DNA of 64,000 nucleotides from Azolla caroliniana (Eukaryota; Plantae; Polypodiophyta): assembly GCA_043228905.1 (NCBI GenBank), contig JBHGNT010000021.1, forward strand, positions 10,416,001 to 10,480,000. Reading direction: 5' to 3'. This document shows positions 11,801 to 25,114 of the stretch, piece after piece. Within the stretch, counting starts at the first letter, position 1. Each line of letters begins with the position of its first letter. Under the pieces are notes generated by a model that had not been told where the DNA came from, did no database searches, and worked only from the letters and a program-made list of their open reading frames with translations. A program made the position numbers and the translations under genes.

Positions 11801-14800
11801 ACTTGTGAGGGATGCCTTAGAGACCAAGTATAAAAGTGTAGAATGGTCTACGTGAAATGAAAATTTACGGCCCAACAAATAGTGTCAAAACTTCGTGACA
11901 CTATAAATCATCCCCAAGGCCTCTCTTTCCGTTGTAGAGTAATTTTGTTCCGCTTGTGACAGTTTCCGGCTCACATAGTATATCGGCCGGTACCACTTGG
12001 GTTCGATCAGCTGCATAAGTGCACTGCCGATTGCTATGTCAGACACGTCGACGAACACATGAAACTCTTTGGACCAGTCCGAGGGTTGTACTATTGGTGC
12101 TTGCGATAGTAGTACTTTTAGCTCACGGTAAGCGTCATCCTTTGTAGTCGTCCATTGAAACGGTGTTCGGTGAACCGCAACATGCAACGGTGTTGCAAGA
12201 TTGGCCAAATACCGGAGCATCCGGCTATGCCACCGGATTTTTCCTAAGAATCTGCTTAATGATTTGGCCGTCCTTGGTGCCGGTGCCTCTAGAATTTCCC
12301 TGACTTTGTCAAGGTCTACTGTTATCCTGTCCTTGCTGACAATATGGCCAAGTAGCATACCACTAGTCACCCCGAACACACACTTTGTCGGGTTCAAGCT
12401 TAGCCGGTACCCCTTGCATTTCTCTAGGCATAACCGAAGATGGTCCATGTGTTTCCCTTGCCGGCTGTACACAGTGAAGTTGTCTAGGAGCACCTACATA
12501 AACGCCGGGATGAACTCTCCAAATATTTCCATGATTATCCGCTAAAAGGTAGCCGGCGCCATCTTGAGTCCAAACATCATCACTACGGCAACAAAAACTC
12601 CCCACTCGGTAACAAACGCCGTCTTTTCTTGGTCATCGGGGTGCATCCGTATTTGATTGTAACCGTTGAATACGTCTAGGAAGCTATATACCTCATGACC
12701 AGCTTCCGTGTCCAGAACTCCATCTGTGAATGGAAGTGGAAAGGCATCGGTCACCGTCGCGGCATTCAGTTTCTGATAATCGACGCACACCCGGATCTTC
12801 CCGTTCATCTTCGGCATGCCAACTATCGGACTCAACGATGTGGCTTTCTTTACAGGTTGGATAAAACCGACTTGGAGTAACTTGTCGATCTCTTCTTTTA
12901 CCCTTACCGCATAATTAGGGTTCATTCGATAGCGCCTTTGTGGTACCGGTTTGGCGTCTTTGTTGAGATGTATCCGATGTTGATACAGCTGCGGATCCAG
13001 CCCTCGCATATCCTCATAGGACCAGGCATATACGTCTCGAAATTCTTTAAATAATGTAATCATTGCCGTTTTGTTTTCCGGTGACATTTCTTTGGCAACA
13101 TGTACAGGTCATGCTTCCTCTTCAGTTCCCAAGTTTACTTTTTCTAGCTGGGATGCCTTCACCCTTTGAGATACCGCCATTTCCTGTTCCAGGGCTTCCT
13201 GTGCTTAACGTAGTTCTCTGACGACATCTCTATCTGGTTCCTCTCTGGCATCTTCCGGTTGTGCAATATACGGAGAGACTGCTTTGGTCACATCTATTTC
13301 AAACAAGGGTACGATTTTTGGATTATCCTCGAGATACTGATCGACTTCCTCGTCGGCGAGCCCTTCCAGCATATTAACACTTTCAGCGTATAACGGTGTT
13401 AGCTCTTTGCCGGTTCCGGTTTGTGGATCTGTCGGTACCCGTACTTTGGTGTTACCTCGTCAGAACGTAATCACGTTCTTTCGCCAGTTTTGCTTAATGT
13501 ATGCCATCCGCAACCATGGTCGTCCAAGCAATAGTGGGTAAGCCCCTTGGGTATTTAACTGGAGAACCAGTGTAGAAATGTGGAATGCATGTCCTCCAAT
13601 TGTTACCTCCAGATCTCGTATTAAACCGGTGGATCTTATCAAACTCGTATCTGCCATCCAGAGCCAAAACGGCCAAGGCTCCCACTCCTGGATTCCTAGG
13701 GTGTCACAAGTACGGAGGCTGATTACATTGACGCCTGATCCTGGGTCGACAATCGTCCCTGGTAGCTTGTGTCCTTTGACAATGGCAGTGATTGCAGGAT
13801 TGCTTGTGTCCGCCACCGCCGGCCCTTCCTCTGGGTTGGAAAAGAAAGCCGGAGCCGGCGACGAGTCTGGTGGTGTTATTGCCGATTTCAGCCCATCTGT
13901 GAACCGGGGTACTAATTGTAGTAGCCAACCTAATGGCAACGTAATTTGACATTCCTATAATGCCTGCCATGTTGGTTTTTCTGACTGTATTGTGTCGGTG
14001 AGCTCCGCCGGTGCCTCCTTTTGTTGTTTGACTTCGGCCGCATTCCGCTCATTCGCGTTCTCTACCCATTCGGGTGCATATTTCCGGATAGTCTCTTGTG
14101 CTTCCCACTTCGTCATCTTTCCTTTTGACCTAGTGGTGACTTGTATATTCGCAACCTCTACTCCCACCATATTGATTGCTGATCGCTTTTTGTTACTTTT
14201 CACCGGGCATTGGTTGCTGTAATGGCCTTCCTGCCGACAGTAATAACAATACGCTTTCCGGGTATTGCTGGATTCTGCTTTTGGCCCAATACTTGGTTGA
14301 AATCCTGTTGTCGGTCGATTAGTCTCTTCCATTCATCTATGTTATGGTTGGGTGCCACTCAATCCTCTCTCCGGCTCTCATGGGTATTCCTTCGCCAGTT
14401 CCCGACACTCCTCCTTTCGGGTGTTTCGTTTCTTATTAAAACATCGATGGTTCTTGTATACCTGTCGGCAGCAATCTTCGTAATCCCCATGTTGATCCTC
14501 TCTCCTCTGGTTGTAACTTGGAGAGTGATCGCGATCAGAACGATCACCATTATAATCCCGATACCTGTCGTACCGGTCCCGGTCATAAGTGTCCCTTCTG
14601 TCGTTGTACCGGACATCCTGTACTGGCCGGTAACGCTCGTCTCAATGCCAACGTTCTTCTTCCTCTTCTCGGTCGCTATGGGTATCGATTTTTCTTACCG
14701 GTGCCTCTTGCCGGTTCAGTAAGTTATATTCGCATCGGTCCATTGTGTGCAACCTGGAATGGCATAACATGCACTGTGACCGCATGGTACATTCTATTGT

Positions 14801-16503
14801 AGAGTGCCCGGCATTGAGACAAGTCATACATTGTATAGCTTGCCGAAAACGTAGGTCTTCTTCTGTCGGCAATGCACGTTGGAGTGCCCCCATTGTTAGC
14901 CACGAGCTTGTTTTCTCCATCTCCCTAACCCGGTCTATGACCTGGTCGATCGTGCTGGTGTGGAAATCAATGACTGTGGACACCGTACGCAGGGGTTCCC
15001 GAAGTGCTGCTAGGAATATTGTTTTAGCCTCTGCTTTCGGTGGTGCCCGACTTAGCTGGTTGTGCATCCGTTGGAACCGGATTACGAATTGCTGAATGGT
15101 TTCCGTAGGTTTCTACCGTATGGTGTAGAATAGGCCGACCATCTCTCGTTGATCTACCTCCTTGTGGAAGAATTGTAAAAATCTAGTTTTCAAGTCCTCA
15201 AACATAGTGATGGTGCCGGGAAGGTGCGTCAAGTGCCATCGCACGGCTGGTCCTTCCAAAGTCATGCCGAACTCTACAATCTTCGATCGTTCTGCAACAC
15301 ATGGTTTGCTTCCCATGTTTGTAGAAATGCCTACACATGGACTTCCATGTGTGGATCATCCCCGTACCTGGGATATTGGAACAACATATCATCGTTCGGT
15401 GTCGGAACTCGAGCTGGTGGTGACAGGGGTCTCTCCTCCTCTTTTGTTGAAGGCGGTGTCGGAGGTCTTTCCTCCTCTTTTTTCGGCGTCGAAGGTCTTC
15501 CCTCCTCTTTTGGAGGCTCGCGTGGCGGCTTCGGAGGTTGATCCGCCTCGTGCCTTCCTAAAGTTTCTAGTTCTGTTATTGCCGGCTCCAGTGTCAGTAT
15601 ATTATACGATTCCTCGTCCTCCGGTCCGTCCAGGGTGTCGTGACTACTGTGGTTATTCGAATGTGCATTGTATTCGCCATCCGAATCCGATTCAAACGCC
15701 GAAAATGGTTCTGAATCGCCTTGTCCCGTTGCTAATGCCTGCAGGATGGATTCCGCTTCCTTTGGACTACTTAAATTGCTTCCTTCGTTTGGATGCGAAT
15801 TTTGCTGCAAACGGAGTGACTCCGTGGCCACTCACCGGATCACCTTTGAAAAGGATCGATCCGTGTGGATTTCTTCACCTGCCTAGTGGTACGCTTCACG
15901 CTTCCGCAGTGTTTCGACGAGTCATCTCGCACGCTCCGTTGTTGGGTCATTTGTTGGTCTAGTCATCCATGCCCCCCATTGTTCACTGCGCTTGAGCAGG
16001 AATCGTGGTCACCAAAAACTGTGTTACTCCTTGGGGCAAGAGTAGCCCTAACACAGGGTGTCCCTCTATGACACTTCACCAAAGGTTGGTGCAAGTGGGG
16101 TAGGCTTAGACCGTGATACAAACGTATTCCTAACCGGCTACTAACCGGCGTGGTTAAGGATCGTAATACATGCGTAAGATAGATTCTATTAAGCACAGAA
16201 CGGTAATTAACTAAAGCTTCAAAGATTAAACAAGATGTCGAACAACAACACTTTCATTAATAAACCACTATCTAATTACAATCTAACCGGGTCCTTTTAT
16301 AGGTCACCAGCTCTAGGTTACGAACCGGTGCCAACCGGCAACCGGCCATGAACCGGTCCAGATCCGGATCGGCATACCGATTCTGGGTCCGTCCGTTCGC
16401 TTCTCCAAATATAATAATTATAGATAACAACTCCTGGTTCTAAAATAATTATCCCTTTCCCATTGTGGACGTTATCCGGCTTTTAAGTCTTTGCTGGTCA
16501 ACA
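8804..16503 (-). mobile_element. Ty3/Gypsy LTR retrotransposon, integrase deleted, with an extra 3' coiled-coil ORF
   Basis: Two 482-bp LTRs (8804-9285, 16022-16503; TGTT...AACA) and near-perfect 5-bp TSD ATGAA/ATGAC. PBS-like TGGTGACCACG at ~16004-16014. gag ~14200-15830 with CCHC knuckles, protease IVDPGSGVN (13460-13939), RT (12400-13087), RNase H (11750-12100). Confidence 0.93.
9300..11745 (-). pseudogene. Frameshifted extra ORF 3' of pol: AT-hook-like KKRGRGRP followed by long E/K/Q/R-rich coiled-coil segments
   Basis: ORF fragments 11330-11581, 10734-11066, 10435-10755 and 10027-10392 are all helical and charged. A ~78-bp tandem repeat (about 3 copies) lies at 9441-9655. Confidence 0.65.
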
Positions 16504-17893
16504 ATGACAAGGGAAATATTATCAACGCTAAGGGTCTATGAAAGAACGAGAAGATCATCCAATTGAGATCAGCATATGAAGGTCCAAGTTGGTCCCTAAT
16601 TAGAATTGTGGCACGAGACGGGAAGAAATGGAAGGTGTATCCACCATTCAATGAGGTTGAGGAGGACTGGATCTTGCACATGGTCGGAGGCAAGCTTCTC
16701 GAGTGTTTAGAATAGGATCCGGTAGAATGTAAGTGGAGGGGAGAACAAGATAAATCAATAGGTTCCTTCGAGTAATCGACACACTTGGGGAGAAAGTTAT
16801 GCTTGCAACATGAGGTACGCCAACAAATGGGCCCATGTAGATGTTGATTCGGTATTCATGGATAGAACCAAGAGCAAGATATAGAACTCATCCCTTCTTG
16901 AGAAGGCCAAAGTGTTTTTCTGGTTAATCACCCATCGGGTTGTTTCAACCGAAGAGTGGCTTGTGAAAAGGGGTGGCATGAGCGACTGCAAGGCCTGCAA
17001 AGTGAGTTTGGAGGACATCGCACATTGTTTGTGGAACTGCCCACATGCCCAAGAAGTTTGGACGAGGAGGTTAAGAATCTTGGCTCAGTGCGGGGTTAAT
17101 GTTCATGTATCGAGCGTAGCAACTATCTAGTTGGCTATTGAATCGGCTGCGTGGCTCCATGCGTGGAATGGAAATAGTCCTTTAAAGGTGGTGCACGGAA
17201 CTGTACAACCTTCTACACAGAGCGGTTCATTCTACATACAGAAACGATATGTGCACATTTGGTTATTAGTGATTGTCCTTACAATTTGGCAAGAGTGGTT
17301 ATTTAGATGCAATGCATCTTTCACGAGTAAGCAAACCACACCGGCCGCGAGTTTAATGATGATCTGGTTTAATCTTATTTCTACATTATAAGGAAAGTTT
17401 GAAAGCATTAATGGGACCTTAGACACGAGTGAAGAAGCTAGAGGTTGTTTCCTCCTGAAATGGAGAGGTTCTCCGATGTTGCAGATGGTGGATGGCAATG
17501 CAAAGTGGATTTATCAACCACCATGGTGGTTGTTTCCTTCGAAGGTACCAAACATCGCAAATAGGTGGGCGCTTCCACATGAGGAGATTGGAGGATGTCT
17601 ATGTTGAATTACGGTCGTATGAGGCTCACGTTGAGGGTATGGTGTTGACTAATATTGTGCTCATCGGATGCATGTCGTTATAATCCAGATCGTCCACGGG
17701 AAGGTTGCTCATCCTCTTCTATTCATCCTTGAGCTTGATGTGGTGATTATCAGCTTATGTTTGTTGATTCCTTTGTACATAGTGGTCTCTTTGTAGCCGT
17801 GCAACTTGGCCTATAAGATATGAGTTGTTGTATACTATCCTATGTAGATTGACTTAACTAATGGAAGTAGTAAACTTTTTGGAATAAAAAAAA
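16504..17893 (+). mobile_element. L1-type LINE 3' end (zf-RVT domain, 3' UTR, short poly-A)
   Basis: KAKVFFWLITHR...CKACKVSLEDIAHCLWNCPHAQEVW is the zf-RVT signature. Also IW..WLFRC (17270-17310) and an A-tract at 17886-17893. Confidence 0.85.
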
Positions 17894-18559
17894 TTTCATT
17901 TCCTGTACCCATACATTTCATAAATTATTTTCCCTCTCCTCCAAATAGCCATCCTTGCAACTATACACAAACACATTTTAAAACATGAATATTTATCTAT
18001 ATATGAAAATAATTACAATGATATCCTTACATCTTTAACTAAGCTACTCTAGTACACTCACATATTTACACAAAACTAAGACCTCCTAAAATACATGCAC
18101 ATAGTCATTCAAATATACCTATATTTGAGCAGACACACACACCAACACAAATTTTCTTGTCAATATATCACTTACAAATCATTTATCTATACACACACAC
18201 ACACATCCACAATTAGACGATGATATTATAATATATAATTAGAAATCACCTAACCCACTTGGAAGTTGTTGCAAAGTTACAGGCATGTGTGTGAAACATG
18301 AGTGGAACCACTGGGAACTTGAACTAGAGAGGAAGGGTTGCAGACTCCAATTGTTGGTTTGGAGATTTAAGGCTACCTATTGATATTTGGTTTAGTTGTG
18401 AGAGGGTTTTGTCTTAATGCTTTTTGACTATGTATTTATACATAACAATTGTCTATGAAAATTTAACATAGAATAATAGTTATGCTCTTGGTAAATATAA
18501 TGCTTCTAACCCTATAGGTGCATGGTTTGAATTATGGCTTAGTCGACTAAGTTGCAAGT

Positions 18560-19318
18560 TTTGGCAAGCTGACCCAAAATTGGCTCCAATCGTCTTCAAC
18601 AACAATCAAGTAGCAATAGCTTTGGTGAAGAATCCGGTACACCACAACGCCTCGAAGCATATCAAAGTTGGATATCATTTCGTTCAGGATTGTGTGACCA
18701 AGGGAAAGCTTGGCTTAGAGAAGGTTTCTACAACCAACAATGTTGCGGATGGGATGACTAAAAGTCTTTCGACCAATCCGTTGGATATCATTTCGTTTAG
18801 GATTGTGTGACCAAGGGAAAGCTCGGCTTAGAGAAGGTTTGTACAACCAACAATGTTGCAGATGAGATGACTAAAAGTCTTTCGACCGATCGGTTTTGAT
18901 CTATTCAGCAACTTATGGGTGTGGAGATGATTTTAGCTAGGCTAATTTAGGGGCAAATAGGAATGCAACATAGTTTGTCCCAACGACAATAAAAGTCGTA
19001 GTATATAATCATCTTATTTTATCTATATTTTCTTGTTTATATTACGGGGAAGTGATGAATAAAATCATATAATGGATGTATTCACATTACCACCTTGGAC
19101 TAACTAGGTTAGGCTATTCTTGTAAATAGCATAAAGGGCAATTGCACTAGTTTGGTTAGTATATAACCAAATTGTAAGAGGTTGTTGCCATTGATGTTGT
19201 AGTTGTCATTCTTGAATAATACATTTTGTATCTTTATGCCTCTCGGTTCCCTCTTTTTCTCTTTTGTTTTTGTTTATGTTCAAGCTCTTCATTGATATCT
19301 ATATATTTGGTTTCATCA
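18560..19318 (+). mobile_element. Copia 3' remnant: RNase H end, PPT, 3' LTR
   Basis: NNQVAIALVKNPVHHNASKHIKVGYHFV, with a ~120-bp internal duplication. PPT-like GGGGAAG, then LTR 19053-19318 (TGATGAA...TTCATCA). Confidence 0.8.
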
Positions 19319-20723
19319 CGTACATAGTGTGTACCATTCTCCTAGACAAGATTATCATAAACTGTAGGATCTAAGACAACCCACCTCCAACATGGGTGGG
19401 CAAGTAAATTTCTATTTAGATGCGAAGCTTCGGAAATGGTATTTGTCTCATCGTTTGGACAATTGTCACTCAAACTCATGGAATGGCGATAAAGCATTGT
19501 TGCATGGCTTCTTCAACACAACCTCCATTCTCCTAGACAAGATTATCATAAACTGTAGGATCTAAGACGACCCACCTCCAACATGGATGGTCAAGTAAAT
19601 TTCTATTTAGATGTGAAGCTTTGGAAATGGTATACAATAAGACGGTTAGATACACCGAATCCAGTGGCTATTACTTATCAATAGGCTAATACAACAACTT
19701 AAGAATGGGAACCGGCAAAGGTGAGTCAAGTGGGCCGCTAGGAAGACGTCCACCATTGGTCATGCCCCGAAGACAGTGGAGTGTTCTCGTGCCACTTCGC
19801 CCTCCCTTCGCGAACCAACCGCCGCACAAAACGCTCTCCATCGAGGACAGGAAGCCAGATCACCAAGTGTTGCCACCAGAATGCCTAAAGCCGCCGTTGT
19901 AGGAACTCCCAAACCAAACCAAACTCTCACACAAAGAAGAGAGAGTAACACCCGAAACCCTAAACTGCATAAACCCTAACTCACACAAACTCTCACAAGA
20001 AGAAGAACCTAAACGGAATACTAACGTCCATCGAAAGAATGAACTAAACCCACAGGACAATGAAGAAGACTAAAATAAAACCCTTAAACGAAATAGGATG
20101 AAAAGACCAAAGTACAAACCGTAAGGGAATAAGAATAAGATGAAGACCAAGAAACCACCAAACCCTAGACCTAAGTGGTATACCCTTCCTAACTCAAAAT
20201 GGGCAACCCTTTTACAAGGGGCACTCCCTTCCTTTTATAGAACAAGGAGAGGGATGCATAACAATGTGGGATAAATCCCATTGTACATGGGATCCTCTGT
20301 CCCAAATTATCTCCTGTTCGGCACCATAAAGGCGCCCCTATTATTCACACCTTTATACAAGGGTAAGTGCACATGATGCACTTCGTCGATGCCACTAACT
20401 TCTCTGGTTTTCTCACTATGTCCATGAATCTTCACGACATCCGCCCCCATCAAACCGCACGTCCACCGGTACGTGCCAAATTCGAAGAAGTGTGAGAGAT
20501 CTCGACCATAGTGAGCAACCGGCCTTCCGTAATCCGCATCCCGGCTACCGTGTTGGCCTCCGCCAGTCCGAACCATCGGTTCCGGTTCCATCCTCGCGCT
20601 CGCCTCTCCGTAGGCTCGATCGACCTGTCGACAAGTCATTTGCCGCGATCTTCTCTCGTACGCGTGCTCGTCCCGTGGGCCTTGATCAACCGTATGCACA
20701 TTCCTCACGTTCCTGTATACTGG

Positions 20724-21371
20724 TGTCGCGAAGATTCGCGCGTGCGTGTGCTACTCGAGCGACCACCGGGGTCTTGGACTGGGGAGGACGTTCGCGGAAT
20801 TATCGAAGAGATGACGATCAATGTAAGATTAGATGAAATTGGTTTACTTGAGAAGAAGAAAAATTGTACACTTGAGAAGTAGAAAAATATGAAGAAGATA
20901 AAGACAAATATAATTTATATTGATGATAATGGTGTTGGTGATATCACATATTGAGCCCCCCTTACACAAGCCCAACTAGAGGCTTTTATAGGTCTTTCCA
21001 TGCTCGTGACATGGACAAAACCATGGGCTAAAACCATGGTTTTGTGCACACGGTTTTGCTTATGTTATGCACAAACCATGGGTTTAAAACCATGGTTTTG
21101 TGCACATGGTTTTCTATGGTTGTTTCGTCTATAATTTGTATATGAAAAGGAAATACATAAAATCTACACTATATGATAGTTGTCCTAGTCGTAAGGCAAT
21201 TATCTTGTATCTTAGAGGTGCAAGGTTCAATCCTTGCTTGCACCCCTCTGTATGAACTCAAGTGCCACTAGGCCTTAGGAGGCTTATTTGCTAAGTGTAT
21301 GTGCAATGTTGCACATCCTTGGTTTATTCGTCTCACTCGGTTTCACACCGTAGCCGAAAATCGTCACGACA
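20724..21371. mobile_element. Solo LTR of a related family
   Basis: TGTCGCG...CACGACA termini. Shares the GGGGTCTTGGACT motif with the LTRs at 49659 and 50531. Flanks CTGG/CCGG (possible 4-bp TSD with one mismatch). Confidence 0.7.
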
Positions 21372-24300
21372 CCGGCGTCCTCCGTGTCCGAGGAACATCC
21401 CGTAGTGGCCCGCTTGGCCTCCACCGATCGTCGTGATGCCTTGGTTACTCGTTCGGTGCCGCGGTTCGCTATTGCCTTTGTCCCCTCACCGCCGCCTTCC
21501 TTCTCCTTGGTCTTACATTGCCACGGCGGCCGAACTGCCGAGGTCTCAATGTTCTTCGAGGCTACCGACCCAAGCAATCCGTCTTCGCGCCCGTATTCTC
21601 GTCCAGGCACCTCCGTTTTCCACGTAACTCTTGACTACACCCTGCAAGAAGCTCAGCCCGCCGTCCTCCTCCGTTCGGTGCTACCTGTGCTGAACTCCGG
21701 TATTCCTCCGTGCACGCTTCGTTGGCCCCTGCTTGGCTAGATCGTGTGTCGTTGCTTGTCGTTTCTCCGCATACCGGTGTCCTTCGCATTCGAGGAACAC
21801 CCTGTGTCGGCCTGCTTGGCCCCTTTCGTTCCACGCTGCTGCAACTGGTTCGGTGCCATATACTTGTCGTCGTCCCCTCGCCCCCACTAGCTTGTTATCT
21901 CGGCCTTGGCTTGTCACGCGAGTCGTTGCCACTCCGACTGAACCGCCGAGCTCTCTGAAGCGAGTGTGGAGGAGCCTCCCTCGGTCACCGATACCGTTTC
22001 CGGCTACCGACCCGTGCAACCTATCCAACGCCCGGTTTCCGACCCGACACCACCGTGTGCCGTCTTCCACCTTCCTTGCTCGCCACTGTCTGTGCTGAAC
22101 ACCGTCCCGTACCCGTGCTTTACTTCGGCCCTCGATGGCTATACGCATGTCCTCCGATTCACCTCTGGGTGTGCCCTTTCCGTCTCGGCAGACTGTTCAC
22201 TGCTTGGGTGTCCTTGGTAGCTTTCCGGGCAGTTACCCTCACAGGATCACCCTTGTCCTTTGGCCCGCATGGCCCTTCATCTCCATGTCGCGTTGGCTGG
22301 GTCCGGCGTCGTCACTCGTTATTGCCTTTGTCCCCTCGCCCACACCTGCTTATCACCTCGGGCTTACACCAGCCATGCCAGCCATCACCTCTAGGTGTGC
22401 CCTTTCCGGCTCGGCAAACCGTTCTCCACTTGGGTGTCCTTGGTAGCTTTCTGGGTAGCTACCCTTGTAGGATCACCCTTGAACTTTGGCCTGCATGGCA
22501 TGTCATCTGCGCGTCGTGTTGGTTGGGTTCGGCGTCATCGTTCATTGTTTCCTTTATCCCCTCACCCACACCTGCTTATCACCTCGGGCTTACGCCTGCC
22601 ACGCCAGCCATCGCCACCCCGACTAAGCTACCAAGGGTCCCCGGTACAAGTGTGGTGGATCCTTCTCCGGCTTCGACAATTTCTTCGTAACCGACCATGT
22701 TATGCGTTCTCATTCTCCTTCATCCTTCCGACCCTGCCGACTGGGTCCTATCCGGTTCGTGGCCGCGTCGTTGGCCTAATACCCCCTTCCACTCCTTTTC
22801 GGCTGTTCTACTAGATCCCGTTCACCTACTGCCACCGTCCTCTCTAGGTCTCACGCTGGCTCTCGGTCGCCGTAGGATCGCCCATCCGCACTTCTATGCC
22901 ATATCTTGGGTGTCCTCGGTAGCTTCCTGTGTTGCCACCTGCAAAGGATCACCCTCACCTGTTTTGGCCCGCCTGGCCTTCGTCGCTCTCGCGACGCCTT
23001 GGTTGCTCAGTGCCTCTACTGCTACGGCCTTCGTTCCCTCATCACCATTGTTAGTATCTTGTTCTTACGTCGGATCCAATGCCGACCGCCGAAGTCTCTA
23101 GAACCGGTGGGGAAAATCCTCCTCGGGCCTCCTATCCGTTAGGCAACCAACTCGTGCACCAAGCGTGTCAGATCTTCGTCCTTCTGACCTGGCCAATCGG
23201 GTCCAGTTTCGGTCTGTGGCCGCGTCACCGGCCTTGTACCTCTTTCCGCTCTTCTCGTCCCTTGCTTGCCTCTCAAAGACTCAACCGGACCGCTATCACT
23301 GGTCACTCGTTGCCGCTCTTCCGGGTGCATGCTTGTTTCTTGGCCCTTCGCCGGCCGTAGTGCATGCTCCGTTTCACACCCTTCACTCGTCACAGTCCCG
23401 ACCTCCGCGTCGGCCTCTTCTTCCTTCATCGTCGTAGTCCTTTCCAGCTCGGTTTGGCCCTCTTGGACCCGCTCGTCCGTCTTTCTGCACTTGTAAAGGT
23501 TGTGACCTTTGCATCCTCGCCGCTACTTTCCATCTCTTAGGTCTTTTGTGGGTTCCTTGGATGCAACCGCCTAAGTCTTGGGAACAAGTGTGGAGGACCC
23601 ATGCTTCTGTCACCCGCCTCTACCATTTCTCCCCGCCGTCGTTCATCCCCTCTGTGCTCACTACTTGGCCCTTACACGGCCATATTGCACACTTCTCATT
23701 CTGCTCTTCATTGTGTTCTTCTTTGTCAGATCCCGTTCACCTGCTGCCACTGTCAGTATCTTGGTCTTACGTCGGCTCCGTTGCCAACTGCCAAAGTGTC
23801 TAGCCCGGTGTGAGGATCGTCGTAGGATCGCCCCCATCGCTGCCTTTGCCCACGTCCCCTCGCCGCCACCGTCAATCTCCGGATCCGGTGTGAAGGATCC
23901 TCCTTGAACATGTTTGCGTTCACAAGTGGAAGGAATGCGCACAAGTGGAAGGATAAGGAATATTTCGTTTGATTTTGGGGTTTTTTTGCCATTTCACAAA
24001 ACATCTTGATACTAGTATCACATTTTCTCCAAAACTTGATGAAAAAGTAGAATATTTCAAAGTTTTTAGATCTTAAAGAAATAAAAGTAGAATATTTCAA
24101 AACAATGAACGTTTTTATTCCATTCGATAAAATGTTGTCTAAATTTGTTACATATAGTTGCACAACAAATACATTTGGGAGTTATTTGCATGACTATCAT
24201 CATTCTTTTCATGAGAATCACTACTATAGATAATATACAATTGTGACTCTTCCTCCTCATCTTCCAATGTACCAATCAAATCATTGTCTTCACCAAATGG

Positions 24301-24924
24301 TATCTCCAAATTTTGTGCATTAAATCTTCTTCGCCTTCAATCTGAGATATCTTCTAGACTTGCTAATATCTCTTTTATTATGCATATGGTTGTTGTCCTT
24401 AAACATCCAACTTTTGTCTGTGTAAAGTCATACATAATGATATCCACCTCATTAATGTCAATGATAGATGTATTACAAAGGTTTAATACATCATCACGTC
24501 CAAAACTTTACCAATGCATAATTGGTACCCTAGGTCATAGCCATCTACATGTGTAGCTATTAATATCCCCATCTTGAGTTCTTGCAAGTTTCCTTGTCAT
24601 CTGAGTTATGCTTGTGTTGTCATCCTTCGTTCCAACTATAAAGATTAACATTAGTGTCGAAGCATGCTACGGTGTACCAACTTTTGGCCAAAAATTTAGT
24701 ACTAAATCGAAGAAGAAAATAAACATTAAAAATTGTAAATAAATTTCAAAAAACAAAAAACAAATTCATTACGTCACACTCGAATGCACAAAGATATTAT
24801 ATGTCACACTCGAAATGTCCCTAGGCCATATTTAATACATTAATTGTTGCCCCAATCTCCTAGGTAGAGTTGTACGAAAGCACACCTGGAGAAGGTATCC
24901 ATTGTGATAGTTGGTCAGTCTCAG

Positions 24925-24926
<2 letters not shown>

Positions 24927-24958
<32 letters not shown>

Positions 24959-24983
24959 ATGGGTAGTCGAACGTGTCAATTGG

Positions 24984-25029
<46 letters not shown>

Positions 25030-25054
25030 ATGGGTAGTCGAACGTGTCAATTGG

Positions 25055-25110
<56 letters not shown>
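24927..25110 (+). repeat. Compound (CT)n microsatellites with a duplicated spacer; probable 5' UTR of the accessory gene
   Basis: Three CT tracts separated by GGTATGGGTAGTCGAACGTGTCAATTGGTATG repeated twice, followed by a TG-rich intron-like region up to ~26060. Confidence 0.75.

Positions 25111-25114
<4 letters not shown>

Noticed and set aside
19335-19632. ~105-bp direct repeats as a possible TRIM
   Set aside because: No TG..CA termini, PBS or PPT seen; it looks like a simple local duplication.
21380-23900. Many overlapping ORFs in GC-rich sequence
   Set aside because: This is the degenerate, internally repeated interior of a non-autonomous LTR element, with no recognisable domains.
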